62,020 bases of DNA from Octopus bimaculoides (lineage: Eukaryota): positions 152,471,879 through 152,533,898 of the forward strand of contig NC_068981.1 in assembly GCF_001194135.2 (NCBI RefSeq). Direction: 5' to 3'. Both the position numbers and the translations under genes were made by a program. Below the pieces are notes generated by a model. That model saw nothing but the letters and a program-made list of their open reading frames with translations. It was not told the origin of the DNA and did no database searches. Positions 13,730 through 26,127 of this stretch are shown piece after piece (positions within the stretch are counted from its first letter, which is position 1; each line of letters opens with the position of its first letter).

Positions 13730-14427
13730 GGATCTTTTTTAAAACGGGGGCCACCACATTTTTCATTAATGTTTTACGTAGTGTTTTTGGTACCGAAAGA
13801 CTTTCAAACTTCGTATACTTATCTATTTTGTGTTATAGAAGAGAAAAATATTTTTGTATTCGAATTTATTTCATGTAAAAAATTGTCTTATTTCGATAAT
13901 TTCAACCAATCACTGACAAGTATTCAGTTGTTTACATTTACTCCTTTGGCTCATTAAGCGATGTAAAGCGTATTTAATCTCCATACCTTCGTTTTATTTG
14001 CTTTTTTCATTTTAAATTTGCTTTAACCCTAACCCTAACTCTAGGGTTAGGGTTAGGGTTAGAGTTAGGGTTAGAGNNNNNNNNNNNNNNNNNNNNNNNN
14101 NNNNNNNNNNNNNNNNNNNNNNNNNNNNNNNNNNNNNNNNNNNNNNNNNNNNNNNNNNNNNNNNNNNNNNNNNNNNNNNNNNNNNNNNNNNNNNNNNNNN
14201 NNNNNNNNNNNNNNNNNNNNNNNNNNNNNNNNNNNNNNNNNNNNNNNNNNNGTGATTGGTTGAAATTACAGAAATACGACAACTTTAACATGGAATAATT
14301 TATGGATTTCTTTTTTTTTTAAGAAGACTAAGAGAAAAAGATGTTTTATATGACACATTCTACCAGTGTTCCAAGTTTCAAAGTGTTTCGTTAATGAAAA
14401 ATGTGGCCCCCGTTTTAAAAAAGATCC
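13730..14427. mobile_element. Merlin-like MITE, copy 2
   Basis: TIRs GGATCTTTTTTAAAACGGGGGCC; 8-bp TSD AAGTCCGC at 13722-13729 and 14428-14435; body nearly identical to copy 1; CCCTAA/TTAGGG repeats at 14024-14076. Confidence 0.8.
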
Positions 14428-14811
14428 AAGTCCGCTTTGCTCACCACTTCTGAAGCCTTTGTAATAAGTTTGATAGTTGTCATAGAGACTTTAGTCTCTC
14501 TCTATCACCTTTCAACTGCATTATGAATGAAGAGACATCAGAACAATTAACAACATAATAAAAAGGTTTTATTTATGATGATACTTGGTTATACAATTCC
14601 TCTCATTCTGCTTAGCCGCCGCTGATTAAATTGTAGTTTGTTAATGGAAGGTTAAGGTCTTCCTTGATGCCTGCCAGAGAAGCAAGTAGCTATCACATCG
14701 ATAGCATCATGGTGAAAAGTGGTAATTCGTGGAGGAGCGAGGTGTTGTCATGTAGAAGGTCTGAGCTCAACTCGCCTAACAAAGTGAAACCACTGTTTAA
14801 GTACGAGCTTT

Positions 14812-14890
14812 ACTACGCATGCGCAACTCGAGGAGCTTCCGGTGGTGAAGTCCCCTGCGCATGCGCAGAATAGTACTTCCTCAATGGCGG
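14812..14890. promoter_or_regulatory. Candidate promoter-like motif cluster (NRF1 x2, ETS, YY1-like)
   Basis: CGCATGCGCA 14816-14825, TGCGCATGCGCA 14856-14867, CTTCCGG 14836-14842, CAATGGCGG 14882-14890, in a local CpG-rich patch. Confidence 0.35.
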
Positions 14891-15360
14891 TTATAATTTC
14901 GCGCCACTACACCTTTATCAGATTCTTCGGGCCTACAGAGCCATCAAGAGAGCAGCTACATTGACACTCAACCTGCTAGATTAGCAATCAAATCTCCCTC
15001 AAATTACACTACCATCCTAGAAAAGGACATGTTGAATTATGTTGTCTTTGGCTCCTTGCACATTGGGAAAAGAAGGAATGGTCATAACTGGGATGTCTTT
15101 GATCAGAGTAAACCTGAAGCTCTAACAGGGCTCAACAACACTAGATTGCGGGTGTAGAAAATGCAACATACTACTCTTCATATGTTTAACGCTGCGTGTG
15201 CTGTAAGGTCCTTAATTAGGTGGAGAGGTTATATTTGGAATAATGGATCTGCAGTCCGTACTTAGTCGTATGACCAACTACTTCATGTGCAACAAGGACT
15301 GTTCGCTCCGGACTAACTTGGAGTCATAAAACAACAGCGCATTCCCTAATTCTTTCTAAT

Positions 15361-15562
15361 CATGGCGCAAGGCCAGTAATTTTGAGGGAAGGAGGAAATC
15401 GGTTCCATCGACCCAATGCTCGACTGGTGTGTGTTTTATTGATACCGAAAGGATGAAAGACAAAGTTGACTCAGTAGCATTTGAACTCAGAATGTAAAAC
15501 CAGAAGAAATACCGTGAGCATTCTGTCCGATGCGCTAACGCTTCTGCCAGTTCGCCACCTTA
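15361..15562 (-). mobile_element. SINE family A copy
   Basis: Reverse complement of the family A consensus. Confidence 0.75.
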
Positions 15563-16639
15563 TATACATAAAATATAATGTAAACAAAAATATACAGTCC
15601 CTGGAGTGTAGTATATTTATGCATGGAAATTACGCTAACAGTAAAGAATTAAAAATTGTTATAATGAATATGATTATATAACCTACAATATAATCAATAC
15701 CTGAATCCTCAAAGAAATTTATAGGAAAACGAATAGACACGTCAGGATCAAAAACTAATAAACGAAAGTGCATGTTTCGTTAAAAAATCAAGCATAAAAT
15801 CCTGTATCGTAAAATTTTATTTTACAACAAAATTCAAATATTTGTTTTTATGCTGACTAATTGAGCAGTTTTTGTGTATATTTGATGGTTACCAGCGGTA
15901 TTTTTAACACTTAAATATATTTCAAGAACTTTCTTTATTTAAGAAAGCAGAGTATTACAAAAATAATTGTGCGTAATGAGTTAAAAACTACTACAATTTG
16001 CTATGTCTGTTTACATCATTTATGAAAAGCAAACTTAACCGCTTATTTCAACATACGCAATACAAAATTTGAATTCTTGCCATTGCATCAATTTTCAATA
16101 TTTATTATCCCTGCGTAGTTTTAGTAACCGTATTTCACTGATTACATGGCTCACTTTCTCACCACCCAAAAATCTCCTAGTAAATCAGTTTTATAAACAA
16201 AGGTCAGAGTTTGGGTTACTGACAAATGGTGGTTCAAGAAAAACCTACCAAACTTGAAATGTGTCTTATAGTCTCAAGCATTTTATAAACCCTATACTTA
16301 GTTCAATGTCTCAGAAAGATCAAAATTTTTTTCTAAATAGAGATTTTTACTCAAAGCTTAGACGAAGTTTGATGGATTAATTTTCCGTATGAAGTTTAAC
16401 ATACAAGTACTACGTATTCCATACTTGCTTTTCTGAGTCGACCTAATTGCGATCAGAAACATGCTCTGAATTATTTGAGTATCTGCTAAAAATCAGATTC
16501 AGATTAACTTTTCTCCTCACCGCATACCTTGAAGTCACTACTTTTCTTTTTCTGATAAAACAATGAGTTGCCATGGAGTGTAGTAAGTGGTTGCCACTAT
16601 AAACAAAGGATGAAAGATACTAGATGATACAAGTGGAGT

Positions 16640-17350
16640 TGAGTTCAAGTTGCGTATAATGAATGCACAACACTCGTGAATAATTAACAGAATTTTATTT
16701 TACAGCACAAATAATTCTCATACTGGTCGTGAATTAAAAATTACAACAAAGCTTACACACGGGAAAGAATATTATGTAGCTCTTACAAATAGTTGATTTA
16801 AAAGGTTCTGTAATTAAGCTGCCAAGACAGGAGAAAATATACACACTGGGTTCATGCCGGCGAACTGTAGCTTCAAAATCTAGGTTGAGTGAGAGTCCTG
16901 ATAATGACTGTTAAAAGCAGCAAAATGAGTATGTAGTTAGCTTAGCTGCGGGCGGCTATAAACTGACGTTTGGTGCTCGAAAGTGCCTATTTATAGGCTT
17001 TGTTTGGAGACTATTCTGAAGGCTTCTAGAATGACGCATCACGTGATGTCTGGTTGCTGATTGGTCTATAACTCGTCCGATTACATGAATTGGCTGTTAC
17101 TAAGCTGTGATTTTAACTTGGCAGTTCATCGATTCACTTTCATACCTTGCTCTCCTGTGTGACCCCTCCGTCTGGCATTTGCCATGATAGATTGCAAGCC
17201 ACCAAACCTTTTCTTGTTTTCTCTTCCTCTTTATTTCTGTGTTCCTTTCTGTCGAAGAGCGTAAGCTTGAAACGTAAAAGACTTTCTCACTTCCCGAACG
17301 TTAAACTAATACATCTGTTTGTTGTTTACACACCCGTCTTTTTTTTTGTA
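16640..17350 (+). mobile_element. Penelope-like pLTR/3' end repeat ending in HHR-A plus a conserved tail
   Basis: Tail taatacatc.gtttgttgtttacac.cc.gtc is shared with 25290-25350(+) and 61881-61968(-). Confidence 0.45.
17245..17280 (+). ncRNA. Second copy of variant hammerhead HHR-A
   Basis: CUUU CUGUCGA A GAGC-GUAA-GCUU GAAA C GUA AAAG, followed by the same tail as the 61.9-kb copy. Confidence 0.5.
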
Positions 17351-17869
17351 AATTCTTGCTATAGAAATCTTGGTAAAAGAAACTTGTAGTGCCTTGAGTC
17401 AACAAAAAGTAATACAAGTACTTCAAACTTTGGATTATGATAGAACATGAGTCTGACGCTTCGGGCAATTGCCTTTTTTCTTTGGAAAGCGAGAAATATT
17501 TGTAAGAACGACCGTGCGAACCAAAGGCGAAATGGTGACGAATGGAAAACAGGATCCTCTTTTAACGCGTCACACGTTCGACACAAAATATAATGATATG
17601 TTATAATACTATAACATAGAGAACTAAGAAGTTTGCCAGCAAAGGTAAAAGATAGAAACGCAACCGATAAAGATGAATAACAGTAAGACTTATTGGGGCA
17701 TTAAACTGTATGTCTGTGTGTGAGTGTGAATGCGACATATTAAAACACAATATCAAACAGGCCGTTATGTAAAACAGAAGAGTGCGTATACAAATATATG
17801 TATGTGAATGCAAGAGATACAAAGCATAGAAAGAGTCTGTAACACAGGATAATAAGATACCAGTTCTGT

Positions 17870-18081
17870 TAAGGTACACAGTAGATTTGTAGGTCTGTAT
17901 GAATGAGATTAAGGCGTTGGGGCAGAGCTAAGTCACTTGTCGTGCAGTTGAGGCTTCGATGCCGGGCCGGATTCTTGATACAGATGTTCTTCGCAGGTTG
18001 AGTTCTGGCTGTTAATTTCGTGGTGAGCAAATCACACAAACAGGGTTGAGAAGCTGCGGTTGCTGTTTGGTAGCTTGTGTA
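17870..18081 (-). pseudogene. LINE RT fragment (Jockey/I/CR1-like)
   Basis: A minus frame reads SYRPTNLLCTL, resembling the conserved YRPISLL box; runs into a gap. Confidence 0.4.
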
Positions 18082-18804
18082 NNNNNNNNNNNNNNNNNNN
18101 NNNNNNNNNNNNNNNNNNNNNNNNNNNNNNNNNNNNNNNNNNNNNNNNNNNNNNNNNNNNNNNNNNNNNNNNNNNNNNNNNNNNNNNNNNNNNNNNNNNN
18201 NNNNNNNNNNNNNNNNNNNNNNNNNNNNNNNNNNNNNNNNNNNNNNNNNNNNNNNNNNNNNNNNNNNNNNNNNNNNNNNNNNNNNNNNNNNNNNNNNNNN
18301 NNNNNNNNNNNNNNNNNNNNNNNNNNNNNNNNNNNNNNNNNNNNNNNNNNNNNNNNNNNNNNNNNNNNNNNNNNNNNNNNNNNNNNNNNNNNNNNNNNNN
18401 NNNNNNNNNNNNNNNNNNNNNNNNNNNNNNNNNNNNNNNNNNNNNNNNNNNNNNNNNNNNNNNNNNNNNNNNNNNNNNNNNNNNNNNNNNNNNNNNNNNN
18501 NNNNNNNNNNNNNNNNNNNTATATATATATATATATATTCTAAGTCAGTGATTATCCAGCTTTGTACAGAGCTTATTTGTTTTAATTGGAGAAAAGATGA
18601 TTCTGACATTCATGTTTAAACCAAATTTGTGGTGCAAAAGAGCTACAATTAAGGCAGAAATCTAGTTATAGACGTATATTACATTCATTTGACACGAAAC
18701 TGTATGGTGGTGTTTATTAGTTTGTTAAACGAAAAGTTGCAGTGCATCACTGACTCATCTGCCAAGCTGTTCTTTGTCCAACAAGGCTTTTGTTCTGTTC
18801 ATGA

Positions 18805-19023
18805 ATATGTGTATATATGTATGTGTTTGTGTTTGTTTGTCTGTGTGTATCTTTGTGTGTGTGTCTCTGTGTGCATGTATGTATGATGTACGTTCATATA
18901 TATGTTTATATACACGTATGTACATATATATACGTCTATACGTATATTCATATATATATGTATGTATGTATGGGTTGTATGTGTGTGTGTGCTTGTATGT
19001 ATGTGTGTATCTATATATGTACA

Positions 19024-19070
<47 letters not shown>

Positions 19071-19096
19071 TACATACATACATACATACATACATA
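18805..19096. repeat. (TG)/(TA)/(CA)/(CATA) low-complexity block
   Basis: Read directly; source of several spurious ORFs. Confidence 0.9.
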
Positions 19097-19099
19097 ATG

Positions 19100-20560
19100 G
19101 CGCCGTCAATATCGGGCGTGCAGGTGTAGAGGACCGTTTAAAAAGTTCATTTTGAACGCTTTCCTCTAGGAATATGCCGACTTCTCTAGCCTAAATCGGT
19201 AGCTGGTTTATTTCTCCAGCAATTAATAAGGGAAACACCTTTTACACGCCATCGTAGGGCTATCCAGAACAGATTTTAAAATATAGATCTATACCACGTG
19301 GAATCTCGCTAACACGACTATGGCTGAAACGAACACCACCACAGATGAAACTAACAACTTTCACCACCGATGAAAACAGAACTACTTCACCAGTAAGTTA
19401 CTTAAGAAGACGTAAGTACTTTTCTCATTTTTCTTGGACTCAACAACTAAACCATGATTTACTTCGATGCTATGAAAAAGCCCGAGATGACCCTTCAATC
19501 GGATACATGAAGCGGTTAAAACAATACTAGGACGAAGCTCATCCCAACTTCGAATGCTGCATGGTATCACTCAGGCAGCACCTGCTAAACAACAGCAGCA
19601 AAATTAAATGTATTAATGCAGTCCTGGAAAATGAAGTGAGCAACATTGTACGAGTTGGCAGTGAACTTCTCAAGAAACACTCTCTTCCTTATGATCTCCT
19701 ATACAGCCCCAAAACATCTGGGCTCTCTTACCTCAGAGAAGACCTGGATGGAAAGCACTCTGCGTACAAAAAAAAAAAGACCATGCATGGATATGTTGCT
19801 CGGAAGCTTGAAGAAGACAGTAGAATTGACACGAAGCGCAGCCTCCCTTGGACACAAGACCACTATATTACATCACACTTTCAAGGTTATGCGTTTGCAA
19901 TCCGGGAACAGGAGATTGCCACAAAGTACCCGGTGAACAAGATAGACAGTGACGCTCTTGTAATCCCAAGATGCAACTGCATGTGTAGGCTATGTCATAT
20001 TTCTGTGGAAGACTTTGCGCACGTGATAGCAGCTGTCCTAAAATGTTGTCACGGTAATACTTCCCTATGCGACACCATGTTGTTGCTGAAACAACTTACA
20101 ATGCCATCCGCAAAAAAGACTGTCCTGAAATAAACTTAGAAAATCTCTCTGTTATGGAATACATTCATAAACACTTTCCATCAAAACTTCTGTCAAATGT
20201 AAGCATAACAGACCGGATATTATTGTTTGGGGCAGAGGGGCAAAGGTATGTACCACCATAGAGGTTAGCTGCCCTGCAGATATAAAAATCGCTTTGAAAA
20301 TCAAAGAAAAAGACAACTGCTTGGAAACCTCCAACTTCTATATCCAGACTATGAATTCATATTCATACCAATAATAATTGGAGCACTGGGTTTTGTTAGT
20401 AAATGCTTAAAGGAGAATCTGGATAGAGAAATTGACCGGCTGATTCGTACATTACAAGTCCAATCTGTGAGTGGAACAGTAAAAATATGCAAGACTTTTC
20501 TCAGGTTCCAAATTTGTATTTGTCTGTGTTAACTACATCCCAAAGATGGAGCTTTATATC
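19100..20560 (+). mobile_element. Internally deleted R4/Dong-like non-LTR retrotransposon relic (restriction-like endonuclease type)
   Basis: N-terminal WTQQLNHDLLRCY..GYMKRLK; C-terminal GYAFAIREQEIATKY, CRLC..E..HV..CP, RH.VV zinc knuckle; VSCP.D and PIIIGALG RLE motifs. The RT core is missing and there are frameshifts. Confidence 0.65.
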
Positions 20561-21449
20561 TTTGTTGGAAACCGGCTCCCCCCCCCCCCAGTGGAAGATT
20601 TATAATAATTAAAAAATATAGAGACACATGCATGCATACATACGTACGTGTGTGTGTGTGTGTGTGTGTACACACACACACACTCACACATGCTTATGAA
20701 AAAAACTTATAGACGCCCCTTGAATTACTATCTCGATCGAAGAAAAAATTATTATAATTCCAAAGTTTGAGGCACGAGACGATAACGAGAAGATAATAAA
20801 TGAGCTTGTTACAATCTCTATAGGCGTTTTAAGACTCTACTTGAGCGAAGATAATTACGTATAAAATTACCAAACATTTTTTTTAATAACTGGTAATTAT
20901 CCAACGAACGGAATTTTGTCTGCTAATCGAAAATATGTCCTGAAAGTCCGTGGCCACATCCTCATGTTTCGTCCAGTTAGTTCTGGTTTTAAATTTTGTG
21001 GAACTGAAGCATTTAACTATAAAGAACAGTCTTATTGGCATGTTTGTTTTACAAGTGTTCACATAACATCTCATAATTAGCAATGGCTGCTTCACCCACT
21101 ACTTAATTTATCTGAAACTTACATCTGTACCGTCTAGTCGTCTCTGTTGTTACAAGCGGTATCAATTTTCTGTGAGAAAGATATCTTATCACATAAACTT
21201 GAGATGCGATATTTCACACAAGTCTCTTTATACATAGTCTATAAATAAATACATTATAAACGTCAAATACTTAGGGTACTATTAACAGTAATATCAGTTA
21301 TTAAAGATTTCTTACATTGGCACAAAACCATAATTTGTAGATGAAAGGTATCGATTTTATTGCATGACTGGTGCTTATTTTATATGCCACCAAAAAAAAA
21401 AAGAAGGAAAATAAAATTTACAGGAGGTGTCACTAAAAATAAAACAAAA

Positions 21450-23650
21450 GAAAACATAATGTATTTAGTGTGGTAATCCCAGTTTCTGCAATTCGTTACC
21501 CAGCAGTAGCACTAAATGAACTCATAAACACATTAGCTCAGAAAACCAGTACGTTAAATATGCCTATATGACTTGGAACACAATTCAATATGCTAAGACA
21601 GGAAAGACCTTCGTGTTATCTGGTTTGACCTGGCAAATGTTTATCGATTAGCCTACCGAGTGCTGACCCACAGAACATTTTCTTTTTCATATTGCTACAA
21701 ATGAAGCGACTTCAGTGATATCTTGAATGAAAATTATGCATTTTGCTTTGTCAACAAATCTCTGCAGACAGACATCAAAATGAGGTGTGCTATCTTTCTG
21801 CTCTTCGTTATAGCTTTGAAATTGGCAATGGGAGGTGTACGAAGGTACTCTGAGAAAAGAAGATCGGAGAACACTGGGTCTGGCAACTGTTGCATGCTTT
21901 TACAAATGACAATACTGTCACAGTGGAAACAAGAAACTAATCAAAACCTCTTAGAAAAGTTAATTCAACTGCAGTTGAATTAACTTTTCTGTTAATGTCG
22001 ACTGCATTCCACAGTAAATAAAAAAGATCATAATGTAAGAACATGTTAGAAAATGTCACTTTGAAACTGGAGGAGAACTGACTCTAACTAATAAGGGAGA
22101 ATGTAATTAAGAACCTTAGCTGTATCTACGCAGTACACTAAAGTATGCCAAGAAAGGTATGTGTTTGAGACTAACTGCGGTTTGGGAGGTAAGTTTAAGG
22201 TGTGACCATATCAGCACGACTATTTGCTGAGTTTCTTGGAATGACTGAGCAGTCATTCCAAGTGCATGAAATAGTATTAACAAAAGTAGAAAGAATTCAA
22301 ATGTATGACAAGTTCCTTTGAAAGTGGCTTAATTTCCCGCCATCCATTGCAAAACTTCAGCTACTTTTAACAGCACTGGTGGAAGAGTTTAAAGTAGCAA
22401 AATCTCGCTGCTTCTTGGTATTACGAAATTCGGTGGATCCCATTAATCGTGCAGAAACGAAATGAAGCGTGAGCAAAACTATTGAGATGATAGAAACTAT
22501 TCTGACGATGGAAAAGGCGATAAGCGAGGTACAAGGTACATAGGTTGGAGTGGGATAGTTACGGAACAAATAGGTATCCCGCTAGAATAACAAAGGTAAG
22601 CAAAATATTGTGACCAAAGAAATTCAACACAACGAAGAAGACAAACTTGAGACTAAAACAAGAGGGACAGAAGCCGAAGTGCATGGGTAGCATAAAAGAT
22701 AATTGAACAGAGAAAGCTTTCTTGAAAAATATTATGAAAATGAAGCCAACCAAGACATGATTCCTCTTGATATCAGTGTACGAAGTTGTTTCATCCCAGC
22801 CAATATTAGACAGTGGGATTGCAGTGAGACTGCTAATTGTCATTGGTGAGGAGGTTACCAATTAATGGAAAATGAAAAAACGTTCATGCAATATGCAGAC
22901 TATTCCTTGCAAAACATGCCAGACAGCATAACCAAGTCGTAAATGTCCTTGCTTTTACACTAAAACAGCAATAAAGTAGCATCAATGCAATGATAATATC
23001 AAGCTGCACTTCATTGTTTCCGCAAAAAAGGTAAAGGATGGAAAACCGAGATTGACTTTTGTAAGTGATTGGAAGCGGTTTTACTCTCAAATGATATTGC
23101 AAAAGCAATGGAACGTCCATACCTTATGGCTAGTTCTGACTAGTCGAGTGGATACATCAAAGGAGGTTCTAAAATATGTAGAGTTCAAGAAATCGTGTGA
23201 GACACAAGAATGACAATGTACAATACCTTCAGTAGAGGAGGGATATATAACTATGTCTCATATAGCTAGCAAGGGACCAGGGCCGGCGTTAAGAAGTGTG
23301 AGGCCCAATTAGAGAATTGTCAGTGGAGCTCTCTGCTCTACAAAAACTAAAGATTGATATTTTGTTTCGTGTAGTACGCCAGTCTCAGTCAAAAAGTGTT
23401 AAGGACTTGAGGTTTCACCATCAGCCACAATCATATAATAAAAATTGAAAGCTCATATGAAAGTTTTAATCTTTCATTACAAGTTGAGCGTTTGCGCCTA
23501 AGTTGAATTATTTTGTCTAATCGGCTTTAAACCGGCCCTTCAAAGGACTTAATGGTGAAAGCAGAGCAGTGGTTCAGGAAATAGAGATGGAAGCAGAAAA
23601 TACTTCATTATAGATATAGCTGAGGCATGTGAAAGAAAGACGAAAACTGA
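21450..23650 (+). mobile_element. Decayed HERO/NeSL-like non-LTR retrotransposon
   Basis: Degenerate IQYAK..KDL.VIWFDLAN box (21575-21650), GI..GC.I..LLFV.AL box, and SVY....P.NIRQW box (about 22770-22810); many stops. Confidence 0.55.
23279..23539. mobile_element. Harbinger-like MITE nested in the HERO relic
   Basis: Terminal AGGGCCGG..CCGGCCCT inverted repeats. Confidence 0.45.
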
Positions 23651-24334
23651 GAACACATACGAATAGCAAAACAAAATAGTTACAGCCTGGTTGGAGTGGT
23701 TCGACCAATTTCCCCTAAAGAAAATCGCATCAAAACACTATATTACTGTTGATTATTTTATCGACTGTGTTTAAAAGCAAAATTGATTCAGGTGAGATTT
23801 ATTCTCAGAGAAACAAAACTAAATGGTGTATGGAAGTTTGCTTCACAACCCTGGTTACAGGTTCGATTCCTCTGTGCGAAAGATGAGGTCGCACCATTAG
23901 CAAAAAGACACTTGAACCTTGAGCACCATTGGCAAAAGTACACTTGAACCTTGAGCAGGTGTCTTCATCGATAAGATCAAATTGACCAATACCTTCTGAT
24001 GAGTATTTAGAATATGGAAACAACGTAGAAGCTTATTATGTATGCGTGCACACGGTTTGGTGTATCAGCTGCGGGGATAATGAGGATAAAAATAAAACAG
24101 GTCTCAGTGTCCACATACACACTCAAACACTAAAAAAAGCGGGAATTCTACTTTAATGTCACTAAGCATTGCTAGTGGGCGCAAAACTATCGCTATGGTG
24201 AAATTGTTATGTTTTTCAATCGACTGCTGATAAGGGAGTCCCGACTAACAATAATATTGTATTCCTCTCCGGGGAAAATTGGTTTGTACCTTTTCAAAGT
24301 GTGATAGTTGCATTGGGTTGCTGATTTTGGTATC

Positions 24335-24382
<48 letters not shown>

Positions 24383-24384
<2 letters not shown>

Positions 24385-25070
24385 CAGAAAACTGGCTACA
24401 AAAACCAAAATTGTTGTCTATAAGGCGTGCGTCCTTAGTACGCTACTTTATAACACTGAGACATGGAGACTCTACTCTAGACAGGAACGGCGCTTCAACG
24501 TTTTTCCCCTTCGCAGTTTAAAACGCATCTTGGACATCGAGTGGACCGACTACATCACCAACACCGAAGTCTTCAACCGAACCAAGATACCCAGCATACA
24601 CATCTTGCTCCAGCAGCGTCGTCTGCGCTGGCTCGGTCATGTTCATCGCATGCCAGACGGAAGGATCCCAAAAGACCTCTTGTATGGGGAATTGGCTACT
24701 GGCACAAGAGCACGAGGATGACGTCATCATCGTTTCAAAGATATTTGTAAGAGAGATATGAAGTCGCTTGACCTGGACGTCCTGAGATGGGAGGAGGTTG
24801 CAAAAGATCGCCCACACTGGAGGCAAATACTGAAAAAGGGAATGAAGAGAGCGGAAGAAAAACAGGTATTCGCCATCAGAGAAAAGCGCACTCGACTGAA
24901 AGAAATATCATCAGCACTGACAGAGAGCTCCTTCAAATGCAGTCACGCTATATGCGTGACTGCCACTCCCGTGTGGGCCTGTACAGCCACAACAGGTGCT
25001 GCACCACCATCAGTAGCTGACATGATATCTTTGGGCGCAGATCCATGGCCTCTCGAGAGTAGTACGGATA
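24383..25070 (+). mobile_element. 5'-truncated RTE (BovB-like) LINE, ORF2 C-terminus
   Basis: TKIVVYKACVLSTLLY..ETW, RRLRWLGHVHRMPDGRIPKDLLYGEL..G.R, WEEVAKDR..WR and a terminal C..C..H..C knuckle; premature TGA at 24719. Confidence 0.85.
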
Positions 25071-26060
25071 ATACTAGTAAGACGTTGAGTTATTTCCCTT
25101 GTATATTTTTATTTACTTTTTTTACCACCCTAGACTTGANNNNNNNNNNNNNNNNNNNNNNNNNNNNNNNNNNNNNNNNNNNNNNNNNNNNNNNNNNNNN
25201 NNNNNNNNNNNNNNNNNNNNNNNNNNNNNNNNNNNNNNNNNNNNNNNNNNNNNNNNNNNNNNNNNNNNNNNNNNNNNNNNNNNNNNAATATATACTTTTG
25301 TTATTTACACCACCTGTCCTCGTCTGTTGTTATTTTTTGTATATTCTCCCATATATATATATATATATAATTATTACAATTAAAAGGGTCAAGGATTATC
25401 AATTTATTAATTTATTAATAAATTAATAATTAATAATTTACACTTTAGCTGCTATTTCTGAACTTCGGTATGTGGTGAAGCAACTGTTGCTGACCCCCTA
25501 ATTATGTTTATAAATATATATATTTAGAATTTGGTCATTTTACAAAATAATCATTTTCATAACTAAAGATAAAAATTTGATTGACGTCCCTGGATATTTC
25601 GTCCACCACCACTAGTCATTCTATCATATTCATAAGCACAGTAATTATCTTTGGTGGAAACAGTAGTGTGCCTCATATAATAAGTAACTAATGGTTTTAT
25701 CCTTCTACTTTCTGTATTCAAGTTACAAGCAGTAACTTTGTCATCAATTCAGAAGTACGTATAAAACTTTCGGAAAATTGGCCTTGTGCCTAGTGGAAAG
25801 AAATCAGCTAGAGGAATTAACAAAATGCGGGAAATTCTAAAATCTGGAATTCGGCAGCTCAAAGTGCAAAAAATTTCAGGCCAAAGAAAAGTATATATTC
25901 TCAGAATATTATCGTTTTTAGAAAGAAAAAATAGAGGTTATTTTATAGTTATAAGATACTTGTATATTATATTACTTGTTAAGAAATTACTTTTAATGCT
26001 AATTCTTTATTTCGTTTCAGTGTATTTCAGCGAGTTTTATAATAACTTTAACTGATTTCT

Positions 26061-26072
26061 AAAATGGCTGCC
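26061..26072 (+). promoter_or_regulatory. YY1-like motif AAAATGGCTGCC in the SYF1 leader, overlapping a uORF start
   Basis: Matches the AANATGGC core and lies 56 nt upstream of the ATG. Confidence 0.35.
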
Positions 26073-26127
26073 TGCTAGAGATTTTATAAAAATGTTTTAA
26101 ACAATTTAATTGGTATAAAGAAGCAAT

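Noticed and set aside
14024-14076. True telomere or chromosome-fusion scar
   Set aside because: The repeats lie inside a TIR/TSD-bounded element present twice in the window.
18755-19155. ORFs rich in VCVC/YIYI/HTHT
   Set aside because: Translations of microsatellites.
19097-19160. Possible HDV-like ribozyme at the 5' end of the R4-like element
   Set aside because: Only a bulged hairpin is visible; I could not build the P1/P2/P3/P1.1 nested pseudoknot.
23991-24032. CTGATGAG..GGAAAC..GTA hammerhead-like string
   Set aside because: Stem I does not pair, there is an extra base before GAAA, and it aligns to an ordinary part of SINE family C.
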